A stretch of 64,000 bases of DNA from an uncultured delta proteobacterium (GTDB lineage Bacteria; Desulfobacterota; Binatia; UBA9968): positions 160,001 through 224,000 of the forward strand of contig CAVYTU010000008.1 of NCBI GenBank assembly GCA_963771465.1, in the 5' to 3' direction. A model generated the notes under the pieces. It was not told the DNA's origin. It did not search any database and saw nothing but the letters and a program-made list of their open reading frames with translations. Position numbers and translations under genes: made by a program. The stretch's first letter is position 1; every line of letters starts with the position of its first letter. This document shows, piece after piece, positions 47,341-57,709 of the stretch.

Positions 47341-48252
47341 ATGAATATTGACTTAGATCGCTTGTGTACTTTTATTCAGCTCGCGCAAGAAGGAAGCTTC
47401 ACAGCCTCAGGAAAAAGTCTCAGGAAATCGCAATCGGCTGTCAGCCTTCAAATCGCGGGACTGGAAAGCCAGTTTGGCTTGCAACTGATCGATAGATCGA
47501 CGCGGCCTATCAAACTTACAGAGGCGGGCCAACTGTTCTTGCAGTTTAGTACTCAAATCGTAAACCAAACGGCAGACCTCGAACGTACAATGAGAGAGCT
47601 GGCACGGGGGGTTTCCGGAGAGGTCAAGATTGGTGCAACCACGTCGGTCGGCGCCTATCTTCTTCCACCAATCGCTGGCGAACTAGCGAAAAAATATCCT
47701 AAGCTTTCTATTACGATAGTGTCACTGCCGCAGGCCACCGTTCTGGCGTCCGTGCGAGCATTAGCGGTAGATTTTGCTTTTATTCTTTCCGACCGAATGC
47801 CGGTTGACCTAAAAGTTACGACGTTGAAAAAAGAGCCTTTATGGTTTGTAAGCTCACCCGAAAACACACTTGTAAAAAAGATTCCGCTCACTCCGAGCGA
47901 TTTGAAATCGATTCCCTTTATTGTCGGCCTCAAAGGAGACCAGTACACCGGAATGATGGAGAGCATTCTTGAAGAAAGGCGCCTTCCAAAAGTGCCGATC
48001 GCAATGAGAATTGGAAATTATGAGGGTATTAAACAAGCCGTCTGTGCGGGAATCGGAATCGGAATTTTGCCGCGATTTACTATTCATAATGAGATTCGCA
48101 ATCGCACGTTAGTACGAATTGGTGTTGACGGTGTTGATCTCTCTGCGAGGATTATGCTCGTGGAAAGAATGCAAACCCTACAAAGACCGACCGCGATCTC
48201 GGCAAAGTCCTATATTTCCGCAGCTATTAGTAAACTCCAAACACCCGATTGA
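47341..48252 (+). CDS. LysR family transcriptional regulator
   Basis: GSFTAS..L..SQSAVS.QI..LE...G..LIDR....LTEAG. Confidence 0.92.
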   Translation: MNIDLDRLCTFIQLAQEGSFTASGKSLRKSQSAVSLQIAGLESQFGLQLIDRSTRPIKLTEAGQLFLQFSTQIVNQTADLERTMRELARGVSGEVKIGATTSVGAYLLPPIAGELAKKYPKLSITIVSLPQATVLASVRALAVDFAFILSDRMPVDLKVTTLKKEPLWFVSSPENTLVKKIPLTPSDLKSIPFIVGLKGDQYTGMMESILEERRLPKVPIAMRIGNYEGIKQAVCAGIGIGILPRFTIHNEIRNRTLVRIGVDGVDLSARIMLVERMQTLQRPTAISAKSYISAAISKLQTPD

Positions 48253-48390
48253 AACGGGCAGCAGGGTCAAGTCCACTTTTAGCGTATAACGCGTTTATTG
48301 ATCTGAATAAGATGCTGTCCGAAGCCTGAATTGAACGTTGTTGTGATCGAACGCGCCAGTGATTTAGGTCTCCAACGGGGTGATTCACGA

Positions 48391-49914
48391 TCACATCCGC
48401 CGATCCAGACTGCGATACTGAATCGCCTCGGCGATATGTGAAACTTCGATATTCTCGGCGCCGGCGAGATCGGCGATGGTGCGGCCGACTTTTAATACGC
48501 GGCTGTACGCTCGCGCGCTCAAACCGAGCTTGTTGATCGCCGTCTCCAACAACCTCTCGGCGTCTTCTTTCACTGCGCAGTAACGCTTGATCTCCTTCGC
48601 GCCCATCTGCGCGTTGGCGTGGATCTTGGTTTTTTGGAAGCGTTGCTGCTGAACCGTGCGCGCGACGTTCACCCGTTTGCGAATCACGTCGGAATTTTCT
48701 CCGGCGTCTTTGCTGGCCAGCTCTTGATAGCGCAATCCCGGCACTTCGATCTGAATGTCGATGCGGTCGAGCAGCGGCCCGGACACTTTGGAGCGATAGC
48801 GCTGAATCTGCAGCGGCGTGCAGGTGCATTCCTTCTGCGGATCGGTCAGGAAGCCGCACGGACAGGGATTCATGGCGGCGACCAGCATAAAACGCGCCGG
48901 ATAATTGATCGAGCCCATGGCGCGCGACACCGTGATGCTGCCGTCCTCCAAGGGCTGGCGCATGACTTCTAAAACGTTGCGGCGAAACTCGGGCAGCTCG
49001 TCGAGAAACAAGACGCCGTGGTGCGCCAGCGAAACTTCCCCCGGCTTGGGCACCGTGCCGCCGCCGACCAGGCCCGCGTCTGAAATCGTATGGTGCGGCG
49101 AGCGAAACGGCCGCGTCGCGATGATCGCCTGGCCGTTGAGCGTGCCCATGACGCTATGGATCTTGGTTGTTTCCAATGCCTCGGCCAGCGTCAGATCGGG
49201 AAGGATCGTCGGCAGCCGTTTGGCCAGCATGGTCTTGCCGGAACCGGGCGGGCCGACGAGAATCACATTGTGACCGCCGGCGGCGGCGACTTCGAGGGCG
49301 CGTTTCACGTGCTGCTGGCCTTTCACATCGTTGAAGTCGGCGCTGTACTGCGAGTTTTGATTGAACAGGTCGTCGAGATTGGCGGTGGTGACCGGCAGCG
49401 CTTGCGCGCGATTTAAAAACTCCACCACCTGGGGCAAATCGCGCACGCCGAGAATTTCTACATCGCTCACCACCGCCGCTTCGGCGGCGTTCTGCTCCGG
49501 TAAAATCACCCCGCGCACATTTTCCTTTTGCGCCACCATGGCGATCGCCAGCGCGCCGCGCACCGGTTTGACCGTGCCGTCGAGAGAAAGCTCACCGATC
49601 AGCAAATAATGATCGAGCAACTCCTTCTCGACGATCCCTTCGGCGGCGAGAATGCCGATGGCCATCGGCAGATCGTAGGCTGAGCCTTCCTTTTTTATGT
49701 CGGCAGGAGCGAGATTGATGGTGATACGCTTGGCGGGGAAAGTATAGCCGCAATTTTTCACCGCGGCGCGGATGCGATCTTTGCTTTCTTTGACCGCGCC
49801 TTCCGCCAAACCGACCGTAGCGAGTTGCGGTAAGCCGGAGGCAAGATCGATCTCGACCTCGACGCGCAATGCGTCGATACCGTAGAGGGCCGCGCTATTA
49901 ACTTTGGCGAGCAT
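48391..49914 (-). CDS. comM: YifB/ComM Mg-chelatase-like AAA ATPase
   Basis: RITINLAPAD..KEG..YDLP, GPPGSGKT, RPFRSPHH, LAHHGVLFLDE, NPCPCG and SGPLLDRID motifs. Confidence 0.9.
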   Translation of the reverse strand: MLAKVNSAALYGIDALRVEVEIDLASGLPQLATVGLAEGAVKESKDRIRAAVKNCGYTFPAKRITINLAPADIKKEGSAYDLPMAIGILAAEGIVEKELLDHYLLIGELSLDGTVKPVRGALAIAMVAQKENVRGVILPEQNAAEAAVVSDVEILGVRDLPQVVEFLNRAQALPVTTANLDDLFNQNSQYSADFNDVKGQQHVKRALEVAAAGGHNVILVGPPGSGKTMLAKRLPTILPDLTLAEALETTKIHSVMGTLNGQAIIATRPFRSPHHTISDAGLVGGGTVPKPGEVSLAHHGVLFLDELPEFRRNVLEVMRQPLEDGSITVSRAMGSINYPARFMLVAAMNPCPCGFLTDPQKECTCTPLQIQRYRSKVSGPLLDRIDIQIEVPGLRYQELASKDAGENSDVIRKRVNVARTVQQQRFQKTKIHANAQMGAKEIKRYCAVKEDAERLLETAINKLGLSARAYSRVLKVGRTIADLAGAENIEVSHIAEAIQYRSLDRRM

Positions 49915-50101
49915 GTGGGTTGAAACGCCGCGGCAGGCTAACAAAGCCAGTCTGGAATAACAAATAGAAAATCCGCCAACTACTGGCCCTTGTGAGAATA
50001 TCCAAGGTTCGCTAAGAATCTGAGCCAGTAGGTTTGAAAATGCCGGTTCGATTTTGTTTGACGCTATCTTGAGCTTGATAGATTTCCGCAGGAGGCAAGC
50101 C

Positions 50102-50983
50102 ATGGGAACAAAGTACAAAGAAGTGAACACGCTATCGTTTATCGGCAACGTCGGCCCTAAGACCGAGCGAGTGTGGAAGGAAGTCGACGAGGATGATGAC
50201 ATCATAGGCTGCAAGGAAAAACACGAGCGGGCCTGCCAGCTGATCGCGCCGCTAAAATTGCTGCAACGGGACCTTCCCGGCGATACCGACACTAAGCAGT
50301 TACCCATCTTCATGAATGACGACGTCCGCATCGAGCTGCAATATTGCCGCGGCGCCAAGGGCACTGACGGCCATCGTCCGGCGGGTTTCTCGGAAACCCA
50401 GCTACAAGTTCAAAATCAGCGCGTGACTAGAACTTCCGAGGGCGATTTTGCCTTGGAGGAAGGCGATCTGTTGGTGGTGCCGCCGAACGTAAGTCACGAG
50501 AACAGCGGCGACGGTCCGACAACACGGCTGATCGTCTACACGCGCGCACCGATGCAGATCGGTCACACCTATCCGGTCAAAGAGAGCGTGATTTCGAACA
50601 AGCAGTGCACTTTGCTAAAACCGAAAACCGTTCTCGACAAGGTCGACGAAGGCACGGCGTCCGGCGGCAAACATTTCGAGCTGGTGGAAAACGCCGACAT
50701 TATGATCGAGACTACGCATCGCTCCGACGCGCAGAAGATTTACCATCGCGGCTTCGGCCAGGACGAGATCGCCTTTCAGCTCTCCGGCCAGCGCGCCACG
50801 CGCACGAGTCAGGGTGACTACATGTTGGACACCGCGGATTTCCTCCTGATCCCACCCGGCACCTCGCACCGCAACATCGGCGATATGGCGACGATCCGCA
50901 TCATTCTTTACACCAGAAAATCGGTCCGCCTCGCCGATGAATACACCGAGCGCGTCAAGCGGGCCGGGCAGACGGTAACGTAA
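50102..50983 (+). CDS. Bicupin protein (homogentisate dioxygenase-like motif)
   Basis: Two repeats: GHRPAGFSE...GDLLVVPPNVSH and YHRGFGQDE...DFLLIPPGTSH. Confidence 0.65.
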   Translation: MGTKYKEVNTLSFIGNVGPKTERVWKEVDEDDDIIGCKEKHERACQLIAPLKLLQRDLPGDTDTKQLPIFMNDDVRIELQYCRGAKGTDGHRPAGFSETQLQVQNQRVTRTSEGDFALEEGDLLVVPPNVSHENSGDGPTTRLIVYTRAPMQIGHTYPVKESVISNKQCTLLKPKTVLDKVDEGTASGGKHFELVENADIMIETTHRSDAQKIYHRGFGQDEIAFQLSGQRATRTSQGDYMLDTADFLLIPPGTSHRNIGDMATIRIILYTRKSVRLADEYTERVKRAGQTVT

Positions 50984-51017
50984 ATCAGGTAAGTGGTTAG
51001 GTGCTCGCAGGGCCGAA

Positions 51018-51170
51018 AACAAATTCGAAGCACGAATTTCGAAACTCGAAACAAATTCAAAACCTAGAAATGTCAAAAATGGAATTTAGTGTTTTTTGAG
51101 CTTGCGTTTTGGATTTTGATATTGTTTCGGTCCGCGCGGCTTCTTCGAGCTTCGGATTTCGGATTTTCGA
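51018..51170. repeat. Inverted heptamer-type repeat (TTCGAAA / TTCGGAT)
   Basis: aattcgaagcacgaatttcgaaactcgaaac ... ttcgagcttcggatttcggattttcgaa. Confidence 0.6.
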
Positions 51171-51196
51171 ACCTACTAAAAGGCAAACGACCAAAC

Positions 51197-52168
51197 ATGG
51201 GCAAACTGTTTTTGACCACACTTGCTGCCGCAGTAGTATTACTCTCCACTCCGAATGCACGCACCGCAACGCCACTAGAGAATATCAAAGTATCCTACGC
51301 CGTGCTGAGCGCGGCCTACATGGATCATGTCACCGCGATGGAGAAAGGTTATTTCCGCGACGAAGGCCTCAATGTCGAAGTACTGCGCATGGGCGGCGGC
51401 GTTGCCACCCCTGCCCTGCTTTCTGGCCAGTTGCACTTTAGCAGCTCCGCCGGTTCATCGCTGAGTGCCGCGGTGCGCGGCGGGCCGGTGAAAATCGTTT
51501 ACACGAACTTATCCCGGCCCAGTTATTATCTGGTCGCGACCAATCCAAACATCGCCACGGCGAAGGATTTGATCGGCAAGAAAGTCGTCATCAATAGTTT
51601 CGGCGACACCGGCCACCTATCGACGATACTTTATTTGAAAAAATACGGCATCAATCCGTCCTCTATACTATTCATCACCGTCGGTAGGAACGAAGTGCGA
51701 CTGCCCGCGCTGATGTCCGGCGCAGTCGACGCGACGCCGCTCGCGCCGCGCGAGTTGGTGAAGCTGGGGTTGCAGAAGCAAAAAGTTTTGGCCGATCTCG
51801 GCAAAGAGATCCAACTCGTTTGGAATGGCGTCGCAGTATCAAATAGACTTCTGGCAGAAAATCCCGCGCTGGTTGAGCGCTTTCTCCGGGCGATTGTAAA
51901 AGGCCGCGAATTCGCCCGGCGCAATCGCGACGAAACCATCGCGATCATCGGCAAGCACGATCCGTCACCGATCGAAGGACTGCGAGCTGACTATGAAGTC
52001 ACCAAAGGCAGTATGACCGACGAAGGCTGGCTGCCCGACGATATCCTGCGCGAAGAAGTTAACATTCGCGCCGAACTCACCAAGGTCGCCGTGCCGGCAA
52101 ATCCGCTCGGCATGTACGACTACAGCATCGTCAAGAAAATTTACGGCCAGTTGAAAACAGGCCGGTGA
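51197..52168 (+). CDS. ABC substrate-binding protein, NMT1/THI5-like
   Basis: EKGYFRDEGL, FSSSAGSSLSA and YDYSIVKK motifs. Confidence 0.85.
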   Translation: MGKLFLTTLAAAVVLLSTPNARTATPLENIKVSYAVLSAAYMDHVTAMEKGYFRDEGLNVEVLRMGGGVATPALLSGQLHFSSSAGSSLSAAVRGGPVKIVYTNLSRPSYYLVATNPNIATAKDLIGKKVVINSFGDTGHLSTILYLKKYGINPSSILFITVGRNEVRLPALMSGAVDATPLAPRELVKLGLQKQKVLADLGKEIQLVWNGVAVSNRLLAENPALVERFLRAIVKGREFARRNRDETIAIIGKHDPSPIEGLRADYEVTKGSMTDEGWLPDDILREEVNIRAELTKVAVPANPLGMYDYSIVKKIYGQLKTGR

Positions 52169-52410
52169 ATTTCGTAAGGATATCCGGTGGCAATCGCGGT
52201 CAGCTTACCCCGCTCTCAAATGATTCGCCGGTCCATCGTCGTCTTGTGCATTGCGACGACGATCTCCGTCTGCGCTTGATCTCACCGAGGCGCAGCACTC
52301 TACGAAAATCCCGCGCATCGGTTAACGTCTCGGGAACCGGCAATGCAACCAATCAGGACCCGTGAAGACATGAGACAGGACGGATCGGACACGAGGCAAA
52401 GAGACAAACT

Positions 52411-53405
52411 ATGAGTAAGAAAATATTTGTTGTGCCAATTGCAACTCTCTTTCTAGCAACTACGTCACTGAGCCAGGCTCAGCAGCCAATGAAAATTTCT
52501 CGCATCAGCTACTTACAGGCGGAGCCACACCCTCCTCAACTTCTTCTTCGGACACTGGCATAGGAGCCTTCCGCCAAGGGTTACGTGAACTCGGCTATAT
52601 CGAAGGAAAGAACATTATCATCGAATACCGAGGCGCGGACGGGAAGATGGAGCGCATGCCAGAACTCATCGCCGAACTGATCGGCCTTGGCGTGAGTGTC
52701 ATTGTAACCTCCGGCATGCCCGCGGTCATCGCCGCTAAGAAAGCGACGAGCACGATCCCGATCGTCGCGGCCAATGCGGATAACTTAGTAAACGCAGGAG
52801 TTGTCGCCAGTCTCGCCCATCCGGGTGGAAACGTCACGGGCATGACTAGAGTCGACGCGGACTTTAGCGCAAAGCGGCTCCAACTCCTGAAAGAGAGTCT
52901 TCCTAAGCTGTCTCGCGTCGCGGTACTTTCCCATGGCTCCATGGGCGGCGATGAAGAAGAACTTCAGGAGATTGAGACTGCGGCCCGGAAGTTAGCGATC
53001 CAGGTGCAACCCTTCCCAACCGATGATCCAAGCCATTTTCCCGGCGCCTTCGCCGAGATGAGAAAGAAGCGCGCCGATGCGCTGATTTTCCTGTCAAGTA
53101 GCTTCACCCAGTTCCACCGAAAGCAACTCATCGAGCTTGCGACGAAGAATCGGCTCCCTACCATGTGCGCCAACACCGCGTGGATCGACGCAGGTTGCCT
53201 CATTGCCTATGGCCCCAAGATTTCAGAGCTGTACCGGCGCGCCGCGGTTTTTGTCGACAAGATTTTGAAGGGCGCCAAGCCCGCCGATCTGCCGGTCGAG
53301 CAGCCGATGAGATTCGACTTCGTCATCAATCTAAAAGCAGCAAAAGCATTCAACTTAACGATTCCTCAGTCCGTGCTGTTCCGCGCGGACAAGGTAATTC
53401 AGTGA
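52411..53405 (+). CDS. ABC_sub_bind-family substrate-binding protein 1 (frameshift near 52514)
   Basis: FRQGLRELGYIEGKN, SLAHPGGNVTG, KRLQLLKE, DKILKGAKPADLPVEQP and RADKVIQ motifs. Confidence 0.85.
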
Positions 53406-53436
53406 AGAACGACACAAAAGTCGCGAGAGAATTAAG

Positions 53437-54414
53437 ATGACAAGACAAATTTTTGCTTTGGCTCTCAGTGTTTTACTCGTAGCACTCAATGGGCCGAGGC
53501 AGGCAGGAGCATCGGAAAGAATTCTCTCGCGTCGGCATTCTTTTTATCGGCGGCAAAGATCAACCGCATCTCGAATCATTCAAGCAGGGTTTACGCGAGC
53601 GCGGTTACACGGAGGGTAAAAACATTATCCTCATATACCGTTACGCTGAAGGCAAAGGAGAACGGCTTGCCGATCTCGCCGCCGAGCTCGTGCGCGAGAA
53701 GGTCGATGTCATCGTCACGACCGCGTCGAGCAGCGCTCTGGCGGCTCGACGGGTTACCCAAACGCTGCCCATCGTCATGACCACCGGCAATCCGCTCGCG
53801 CCCGGGCTCGCTGACAGCTTGGCGAAGCCCGGCGGAAACGTCACGGGCTTGAGCGTGATGCCAACCGACTTGAGCGTTAAACGGCTAGAGCTGCTTAAAG
53901 AATCCTTCCCAAAAAACACTCGCATCGCGGTGCTATGGAGTCCACGCGATCGCGAAGCAGGAAACCAATTTAAAGAGACCGCCGAGGCCGCCAAAATTTT
54001 GTCCTTACATTTGCATCCGCTGGAAATAAAGTCAGCCGATGACATCGACCGAGCGTTCCAAGCGATGACCAAGGCCCGCGACCAAGCGATTATCATAATT
54101 TTGTCGCCGCTCGTGACACTCAACTCGAAGCGAATTGTCGAGCTCGCACTCAAACATCGCCTGCCGGGAATCTATCCGACCGAACAATTTGTCGAGGAAG
54201 GCGGCCTGATGTCCTACGGCCCGTCGATCGCAGACCTGTACCGTCGCGCCGCGACGTACGTGGACAAAATTCTCAAAGGGACCAAGACCCAGCCGATCTG
54301 CCGATCGAGCAGCCGATGAAGTTCGAGTTCATCGTCAACTTAAAAGCCGCCAAGCAGATCGGCGTGACGGTTCCGCCGAATGTGTTGGTGCGGGCGGATA
54401 AAGTGATTAGATAA
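53437..54414 (+). CDS. ABC_sub_bind-family substrate-binding protein 2 (frameshifts near 53520 and 54288)
   Basis: Same family motifs; C-terminal [14 protein letters not shown]...RADKVIR in the shifted frame. Confidence 0.85.
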
Positions 54415-54466
54415 AACGGGTAAGAATGAGAGTGAAAAAAACAAAATAAATGGAGACATGATGTGA

Positions 54467-55436
54467 ATGATAAATTATGCCATTTGGCTACTGGCGGGTT
54501 TGTTTCTAGTAACCGTTTCCCTGCCACGCGCAACAGCCAACAAAATGCCACGCTTAGGCATTATTCTTTATAGCACACCGGAAGACCGACCCGAGCGTCG
54601 CGACTTTTCGCCAAATCATGCGCGACCTCGGCTACACCGAGGGGCAAAACCTTTCGGTGGAGTATCGTTTCGCTGGCGGCAAACCCGAGCGGCTTACGGA
54701 AGTCGCCGCTGATCTGGTGCGGCTTAGTCCCGATGTGATTTTTGCCCTCGGCGGCGACGTTGTGCCCGCAGCACAGAAGGCAACTAAGACGATTCCTATC
54801 GTCATGTTAGTGAGCAACGACCCGGTGCGAACCGGAATTGTCGGCAGTCTGGCCCATCCTGGCGGCAACATTACCGGTGTCACACTTATTCTCGATGAAT
54901 TGGCGGGTAAACGATTGGCGCTATTAAAAGAAATCGCGCCGCGAATTTCTCGCGTGGCGGTGCTGTGGAATCCCGATCACGCGGATCCCGAGTATCGTGA
55001 AATTCAAAGCGCGGCTCAGGCCATGAAAGTACGATTGCAATCGCTGCAAGTCCGGCGAGGCGAGGATTTCGACAGCCAATTTCATGCCGCCACGAAAGCG
55101 AAATCCCAAGCTCTCATCGTGGTCTCGTCAAGACTGATTAATTTTCAACGGCAACGCATTTTAGATAACGCGGCAAAGAGTCGCATACCACTGATCGGCG
55201 ACTGGGGCTCCTGGGCTCCCGATGGCGCTTTAATGTCCTACGGTCCAAACGTCGCCCAGATGTTACGGCGCGTTGCGGTCCACGTCGACAAGATTCTCAA
55301 GGGCACCAAACCGACGGACATTCCGGTGGAGCGTCCGACGAAGTTTGAGCTGGTCATCAATCTTAATGCGGCGAAAGCGATCGGCCTGACGGTTCCTCCA
55401 AACGTGCTGGTGCGGGCGGACAAAGTGATAAGATAA
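54467..55436 (+). CDS. ABC_sub_bind-family substrate-binding protein 3 (frameshift near 54584)
   Basis: Signal peptide frame joins MRDLGYTEGQN...RADKVIR. Confidence 0.85.
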
Positions 55437-55438
55437 CG

Positions 55439-55593
55439 GTGCTGAGTACTAAGTAACGAGGGGAGTCCATTCGGACTCGCCTGGATTCCCGCTTAAAGCA
55501 TGCGGGAATGACGGACTTCGGAAAGGAAGTTCGCTTAACGCAGCAATCCGCGGGGAATCGATACTCCGCACTCAGAACTCGTCACTCAATACT
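55439..55593. repeat. CGTC-type REP nested inside an inverted heptamer (GTGCTGA-type) repeat
   Basis: gtgctgagtactaagtaacgag [copy of the 37908..38006 segment] ctcagaactcgtcactcaatact. Confidence 0.7.
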
Positions 55594-55609
55594 TTAGCGG
55601 GAAAGAACG

Positions 55610-56593
55610 ATGAAAAATATCGTGAGGCTAATTCTAATCATCGCAGGGATTCTTGTAGCTGTCGTCGTCAGGCGCAGCAATCGACGAAAGTCCCGCGCAT
55701 AGGAATTATTACAACGGGCTACCCCTGCCGCGTTCGCGCACCTTCTTGAGGGGTTCAAGCAAGGGTTGCGCGAGCGTGGCTACGTGGAGGGACAAAATGT
55801 CCTCTTGGAAATCCGCTACGCTGAGGGAAAGGCGGATCAGCTGCCAATCCTCGCCGCCGAATTGGTCCGTCTGAAAGTCAATGTCATCGTCGCGATTCCT
55901 AATTCTGCCATCGAGATTGTCCGGCAAGCGACGCAGACAATTCCGATCGTCATGCCGATCGGCTCCGATCCAGTTGGAATCGGATTTGCCGCTAGCCTGG
56001 CTCGACCAGGCGGAAACATAACGGGGCTGAGCGCTTATTCCCCGGAACTCAATGGCAAACGGCTGGAACTTCTTAAAGAAACTGTTCCCAAGCTTTACCG
56101 GGTGGCTCTACTCATGAGTCCAAATGTCCCAGGAAACGCTATCGATCTAAAAGAGACGGAGTTGGCAGCTCAGTCCCTCCGACTTCGTAGTCAATTGTTC
56201 GAGGTGCGAGGTTCCGCCGACTTGGACAGTATCTTTAAGACTATAACCAAAGCGCGCGCCGAGGCATTGCTCGTGTACCCCGGTCAACCGACTTTGTTTG
56301 CGAACCGCAAACAGATCGTGGAACTCGCGGCAAAGAATCGCCTGCCGGCGATGTATCCGCTGGCGGATTACGTCAACGCCGGCGGCCTCATCTCCTATGG
56401 GGTGAATAATCTTGATCTTTTCCGGCGCGCGGCGACCTACGTAGACAAGATTCTAAAGGGGACCAAGCCCGCCGACCTGCCGATCGAGCAACCGATGAAG
56501 TTCGATTTCATCGTCAATTTAAAAGCCGCCAAACAGATCGGCTTGACCGTTCCGCCGAACGTGCTGGTAAGAGCAGATCGAGTAATCCGATAA
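55610..56593 (+). CDS. ABC_sub_bind-family substrate-binding protein 4 (frameshifts near 55668 and 55724)
   Basis: MKNIVRL..., QAQQSTKVPRIG and [15 protein letters not shown] lie in successive frames. Confidence 0.85.
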
Positions 56594-56648
56594 AACAAAC
56601 TTGGCATCTGCATGCCTAAAGTGGGTGTACACCATAGGATGATATCCC

Positions 56649-57647
56649 ATGCGAGTCAGTGATTATGTGCGCGACACTCTCAGTTCAAAGAGTGCCTTCT
56701 TCGCTCTGACTCTCGTTTTAACCATGACTGGTTTTGCCTTTGCGCAAGCTCAACCGATACGCATCGGCATATTGGGGCCTGACGAGGAGCCGCGATTTTC
56801 TGAATTGGTCGGCGGCCTGAAACAGGGACTGAAAGACCACGGTTATTCGGCTACTTCCATGGAAATCTTGGAGGCTCGCGTAACCAGAGGCGATCAGCCG
56901 GGCGCGCGCAGCGCCGTTGAAGGGCTCCTGCGGCGTCAAGTGAAAATGCTTTTCGTCATCGGCTCGGAGCTGGCGAAACTGGCGCGCCAGGTCTCGAGTG
57001 AAATTCAAATTGTCTTTTTGACCCCGGGAGATCCGGTTGCCGCCGGTGTCGTATCCAGCCTGGCTCATCCCGGCGGCAACATGACCGCCATGACTTTCGA
57101 GTTTCCCGAGCTTTCCGGCAAACGTCTCGAGCTGTTGAAAGAAACGGTCCCACGCAGGCAACGAGTGGTTATTATTTACGATCCGCGCGACGCCTCGCCA
57201 ATGCAAGGAGTCGCGGTGGCCCGCTCCGCCGCACCGAGTTTGTCAGTGCGGCTACGCGAACAAGCCGTTCGCAATCGAGAAGAATTGACACGCGCCTTGA
57301 ATTCGTTGAATCGGTCCGAAGTGATACTCGGTATTCCGGGCGGATTTCCCTCCAGCCACTTTGCGGAAATAATTCGCGCCGCCAACACCAAGAAAGTTGC
57401 CACCATGTTTCATTCACATACCGCAGCCACGCTGGACGCGCTTGCAAGCTATGGCGCCAACGATGCAAACATCGCCCGACAGGCCGCGCGTCTAGTCGAC
57501 AAGATTCTCAAGGGTACAAACGCAGGCGACATTCCCGTCGAACGGCCGCTGAAATTGGAGTTTGTAATCAATCTAAAAACCGCCAAACAGATCGGTTTGA
57601 CGATTCCGCCGAACGTCTTAGTGCGGGCGGATCGAGTGATTCGATAA
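56649..57647 (+). CDS. ABC_sub_bind-family substrate-binding protein 5 (intact)
   Basis: [21 protein letters not shown] and RADRVIR motifs. Confidence 0.88.
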   Translation: MRVSDYVRDTLSSKSAFFALTLVLTMTGFAFAQAQPIRIGILGPDEEPRFSELVGGLKQGLKDHGYSATSMEILEARVTRGDQPGARSAVEGLLRRQVKMLFVIGSELAKLARQVSSEIQIVFLTPGDPVAAGVVSSLAHPGGNMTAMTFEFPELSGKRLELLKETVPRRQRVVIIYDPRDASPMQGVAVARSAAPSLSVRLREQAVRNREELTRALNSLNRSEVILGIPGGFPSSHFAEIIRAANTKKVATMFHSHTAATLDALASYGANDANIARQAARLVDKILKGTNAGDIPVERPLKLEFVINLKTAKQIGLTIPPNVLVRADRVIR

Positions 57648-57709
57648 TTTAAAATTTCAATCACGCTGCCGGAGGCGTGAGTAAAATTCGAGATTTAGCT
57701 TAATGAAAG

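Noticed and set aside
56601-56617. TTGGCATCTGCATGC as a sigma54 promoter
   Set aside because: GG-GC spacing is 9 nt rather than the required 10.
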